From the NCBI RefSeq assembly GCF_036321535.1, contig NC_087437.1:27034001-27098000 (forward strand): 64,000 bases of DNA. The letters run 5' to 3'. Of this stretch, positions 57,163-64,000 are shown piece after piece. Source of the stretch: Camelus dromedarius (Eukaryota). Below the pieces are notes generated by a model. That model ran no database searches. It was not told the origin of the DNA and was given only the letters and a program-made list of their open reading frames with translations. Made by a program: the position numbers and the translations under genes. Each line of letters opens with the position of its first letter. Positions within the stretch are counted from its first letter, which is position 1.

Positions 57163-58881
57163 TTAATTGTATAGTCAGTTACAATGTGTCAGTTTCTGCT
57201 GTACAGCACAGTGTCCCAGTCATGCATATACATATATATTCATTTTCATATTCTTTTTCATTAAAGGTTATTATAAGATATTGAATATAGTTCCCTGTGC
57301 TATACAGAAGAAACTTGTTTGCTTATTTTAGTCTATTTTTATATATAGTGGCTAACATTTGCAAATCTAAAACTTGTAAATTTATCCCCTGGTAACCATA
57401 AGATTGTTTACTATGTCAGTGAGTCTGTTTCTATTTTGTAGATAAGTTCATAGTGACCTTTTATTTTTTTTGGTTCCACACACGAGTGATATCATATGGT
57501 GTTTTTCTTTCTCTTTCTGGCTTACTTCACTTAGAATGATGATCTCTGGGCCTGGGTCCATCCATGTTGCTGCAAATGGCATTATTTTATTCTTTTCTAT
57601 GGCTGAGTAGTATTCCATTGTATAAATATACCACAACTTCTTTATCCAGTTATCTGTTGATGGACATTTAGGTTGTTTCCATGTCTTGGCTATTGTATAT
57701 AGTGCTGCTATGAACATTGGGGTGCACATATCTTTTTGAATTAGAGTTCCCTCTGGAAATATGCCCAGGAGAGGGATTGCTGGATCATATGGTAAGTCTA
57801 TTTTTAGTCTTTTGAGGAATCTCCATACTGTTTTCCATAATGGTTGCACCAAATTACATTCCCACCAGCAGTGTCGGAGGGTTCCGTTTTCTCCACACCC
57901 TCTCCAGCATTTATCATTCATGGACTTTTGAATGATGGCCATTCTGACTGGTGTGAGGTGATACCTTGTAGTTTTGATTTGCCTTTCTCTGATAATTAGC
58001 CATATAGAGTATTTTTTCATATGCCTATTGGCCATTTGTATGTCTTCATTGGAGAATTATTTGTTTAGGTCTTCTGCCCATTTTTGGATTGGGTTGTTTA
58101 GTTTTTTGTTATTACGTTGTATAAGCTGTTTATATATTCTGGAAATTAAGCCTTTGTCAGTCACATCATTTGCAAATATTTTCTCCCATTCTGTAGGTTG
58201 TCATTTTGTTTTGCTTATGGGTTTCTTTGGTGTGCAAAAGCTTGTAAGTTTAATCAGGTCCCATTTGTTAAGTTTTGCTTTTATTTCTATTGCTGGGTAG
58301 ACTGCCCTAGGAGAACATTGCTAAGATTTATGTCAGAGAATCTTTTGCCTGTGTTTTCTTCTAGGTTTATCATGTCTGTATTATATTTAAGTTTTTAAGC
58401 CACTTTGAGTTTTATTTTTGTATATAGTGTGAGGGAGTATTGTAACTTCATTAATTTGCATGCTGCTATCCAGTTTTCCCAACACCACTTGTGGAAGAGA
58501 CTGTCTTTTCTCCATTGTATATTCTTGCTTCTTTTGTCAAAGATTAATTGACCATAGGTCTTTGGGTTTATTTCTGGGCTCTCTATTCTGTTCCATTGAT
58601 CCATATGTCTGTTTTTATGCCAGTACCATGCTGTTTTGATTACTATAGCTCTGTAGTATTATCTAAAGTCTGGGAGGGTTATTCCTCCAACTTCATTCTT
58701 TTTCTTCAATATTGGTTTGGCAATTCTGGGTCTTTTGTGATTCCATGTAAATTTTAGGATTATTTGTTCTAGTTCTGTGAAAAATGTCATGGGTAATTTG
58801 ATAGGGATCGCATTAAATCTGTAGATTGCCTTGGGCAGTATGGCCATTTTAACAGTATTGATTCTTCAAATCCAAGAGCAT
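57163..58881 (-). mobile_element. Relatively young 5'-truncated L1 in an ERICH6 intron
   Basis: TSD TAGAATTGTT at 57153-57162 and 58882-58891. ORF2 C-terminal peptides in ORFs 57448..58035, 58395..58604 and 58659..58847. Confidence 0.95.
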
Positions 58882-59669
58882 TAGAATTGTTATTGACTCT
58901 GAAGAATAAGTAGAAATTCTCCAGTATACTTGAGGGTAATGGATTGACTTCTGTTTTGGACTAGAAGTACAAATACCTCTTTGTGTCTTAACTTTCTCGA
59001 GTACTGGCAGAGTGTTCAAACTCTGTCAGTTTTTGGCAGAGTTTCTCAAGATGAGATTGTTATACCTGTAAATAATTTAAAGGGAGAGAATCTCTTTCTG
59101 AAAAGCTTAAAAAGATTAAATTATATTTGAAGTTAGAATCCCAATTTCACTTTCTCAGGCTAAATGAAATAATATGAAGTCACAGAGTATATAAGTTAAT
59201 AAATCAAAATGGGATCAGGATCTTAGTTTCTCTAGAGATTTTGTTTGTATGTTATTGGTGGTGGTGGCTATAGGAAGCTTGTTAGGAATATATCTCAAAC
59301 AGTAACAACACAGTATAGTAGTTGTCCATTGCAAATTTTTTCCATAGATGTGGCAGTTTAACATTATCAAGGCATAGGCTCTAGAGAGGCTTAGGTTCAT
59401 ATCTCAAATTCCTAGGGTGACCATATAATTTATTTAGAGGTTTTTTCCTAATATTAAAATCATATAGTTAATATTTTCTTGCTGTTGGTATAAAAAAAAT
59501 ATGATGAGTTTTCTTTTACATAGTTGCCTAGGATTTTTCCCCTGAGAAGGATATGGAATGATATAAATCAAAAATTTCTCTGAGTTGAATATTACCATCT
59601 AAAGACCATTAATGTAAATAAATCTTCTTAAATATATTTTTGTCATTTAAAAGGGAAAAATAAAATTTT

Positions 59670-60550
59670 TACTTATAAAATGAATAAGTTCTGGGGATCT
59701 AATATATAGCATAATGATTATAGTTAATACTGTATTATATACTTGAAAGTTGTTGAGTGTATCTTTTTAAATTAAAGTATAATTTGCAATGTTGTGTTAA
59801 TTTCTGGTGCACAACAAAGTGATTCAGTTATATATACATACATATATATTCTTTTTCATATTCTTTTTATTATAGCTTATTACAAGCTATTGAATATGGT
59901 TCCCTGTGCTATATATTAGGACCTTGTTGTTTATCTATTTTATATATAGTAGTTTGTATCTGCTAATCCCAGACTCCTAATTTATCCCTTCCCCTGCTTC
60001 CACCTTTGGTAACTATAAGTTGGTTTTCTATATCTGTGAGTCTATTTCTGTGTTGTAAATAAGTTCAATTGTGTCATTTTTAAGATTTAACATGTAAGTG
60101 GTATCATATGATATTTGTCTTTTCCTGACTTACTTCACCAAGTATGATAATCTCTTGGTCCAACCATGTTGCTGCAAATGGCATGATTTCATTCCATATT
60201 ATGGCTCTGTAGTATTTCATCATATATATCTGTGTGTGTATATATATACATATACACACACACACATATATGCCACAACTTCTTTATCCAGTCATCTGTT
60301 GATGGACATTTAGATTGCTTCCATATCTTGCCTGTTATTAATAGTGCTGCTATGAATATTGGGATGCATGTATCTTAAATGTTCTTGACACAAAAAATAA
60401 ATGGTAATTATGTGACATGATACATGTGTTAGCTATTTATGCTTTGGTGGTAATCATTTTGCACTATATAAGTGTATCAAATCAACATGTTGCACACTTT
60501 GAACTTACATGTTATATGCCAATTATATCTCAATAAAGTTGAAAAAAATA
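59670..60550. mobile_element. L1MA-type 3' end (+) interrupted by a younger L1 3' end (-) at about 59766-60368
   Basis: The host reads across the insert (…acttgaaagttg… / …cttaaatgttctt…); direct repeat TGTATCTT at 59758-59765 and 60369-60376. Confidence 0.75.
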
Positions 60551-60617
60551 AAAGGGAAAAATAACATTTCACAAAATCCAAGAAACAAAATGGCAGCAGG
60601 AGGAACTTAGAAGCCTA

Positions 60618-62640
<2,023 letters not shown>

Positions 62641-62924
62641 TTAGTTTAAATGTTTGGTTCTGTATCAGCAACAGGGAACAGTCTTTAGGAGTCATTGAAG
62701 ATTGTCCCTAGCCCCTGCAGAAAACTTGATAAAACCCTTCTGGCAGGTGTCTGATGTTACATATCTGTTGGAAGGGTTTTTTGTTGTTTGTTTTTATTGA
62801 AACAAAATTTTTTTTAACTCAATAGGCAAGATAGATGACAGTAATTAGGCTTCAGTCAGGATTATATTTTAAGTCATCATCATAGCAAACACTTAAGAAG
62901 AGCTGATCATATGCGAGGTATTTT

Positions 62925-63284
62925 CTTTTTAAAATTAAGGTATAGTTGTTATTACAATATTATATAAGTTTTAGGTGAACAACAGTGATTTTACAATCTT
63001 TAATCACACATAGTAGTCTGTACTTCTTAATCCCCTCCTCTTACCTTGCCCCTCCCCCCCCTCCCCCCACTGGAAACCACTAGTTTGTTCTCTATATCTA
63101 TCAATCTGTTTCTTTCTTTGTTATATTTACTAGTTTGTTTTATCTTTTAGATTTTACATGTAAGTGATATCATACAGTATTTGTCTTTGTCTGACTAATT
63201 TTGCTTAGTATAATGCCCTCAAGGACCATCCATCTTATTGCAGATGGCAACATTTCATTCTTTTTTATGGCTCAGTAGTATTCT

Positions 63285-63327
<43 letters not shown>

Positions 63328-63790
63328 TACATCTTCTTTATCCATTCATCTGTTGATGGACAGTTAGGTTGCTTCCACACCTTGGCAAGTGTAAATAATG
63401 CTGCTGTGAACATTGGGGTGCATCTATCTTTTTAAATTAGTGTTTTCATTTTTTTCAGATATATACCCAGGAGTGGAATTGCTAGGTCACATGGTAGTTC
63501 CATTTTTAGTTTTTTGAGAAACCTCCATACTATTTTCCACAGTGGCTGCACCATTTTACATTCCCACCAGCAGTGTACAAGGGTTCCCTTTTCTCCACAT
63601 CCTCACCAACATTTGTTATTTGTGTTCTTTTTGATGATAGCCATTTTGACAGGTGTGAGGTGATATCTCATTGTGGTTTTAATTTGCATTTTCCTGATGA
63701 TTAGCAATGTTGAGCATCTTTTCATGTGCCTATTGGCCATCTGTATGTCTTTGAAAAAATGTCTATTCAAGTCTTCTGCTCATTTTAAAA
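62925..63790 (-). mobile_element. L1 3' fragment with (GT)n at 63286-63325
   Basis: Canonical L1 motifs: cattcccaccagcagtg, tgtgaggtgatatctcattgtggtttt. Confidence 0.88.
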
Positions 63791-64000
63791 TTCTGTTTAT
63801 TTTTTATTTATTTACTTTTACCTTATCCACATATTACTATAAAAGCAAAAGAAGATTGAAAAAAATCCAGCTGTGGCATAATGTAGGTATTCTATATCCT
63901 AATTGTAGTGATTACATAACTGTCAAAATTCATAGAGCTGTACATCTAAAAATGTGAGCGTTACTGTAAATTATACTTCAATAAACTGTATACTCCAGAA

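Noticed and set aside
57448..58035. 195-aa ORF, the longest in the window
   Set aside because: L1 ORF2 C-terminus in a 5'-truncated copy, not a host gene.

Overview
This is mammalian genomic DNA, most likely from a camelid, judging by four copies of a tRNA-derived SINE of the Vic-1 type. The window holds the complete SELENOT (selenoprotein T) gene on the + strand: a CpG-island promoter, five coding exons giving 195 aa, an in-frame UGA/Sec at 26478-26480 in the CVSU motif, and a non-coding sixth exon with the SECIS. It also holds the last four coding exons of ERICH6 (FAM194A) on the - strand, one intron of which has a U12-type donor, and an H3.3 (H3F3A) processed pseudogene about 2.8 kb upstream of SELENOT. 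The rest is mostly L1/L2/LTR/DNA-transposon sequence; repeat boundaries and subfamily names are approximate because they were called by eye. I see no new gene family. The most unusual observations are: (i) a SINE insertion whose target-site duplication copied the SELENOT exon-5 splice donor, with an inverted SINE partner just downstream; (ii) a long hairpin 8 nt after the Sec UGA; (iii) the minor-class intron in ERICH6; and (iv) a sharp CpG-retention boundary inside the H3.3 retrocopy.
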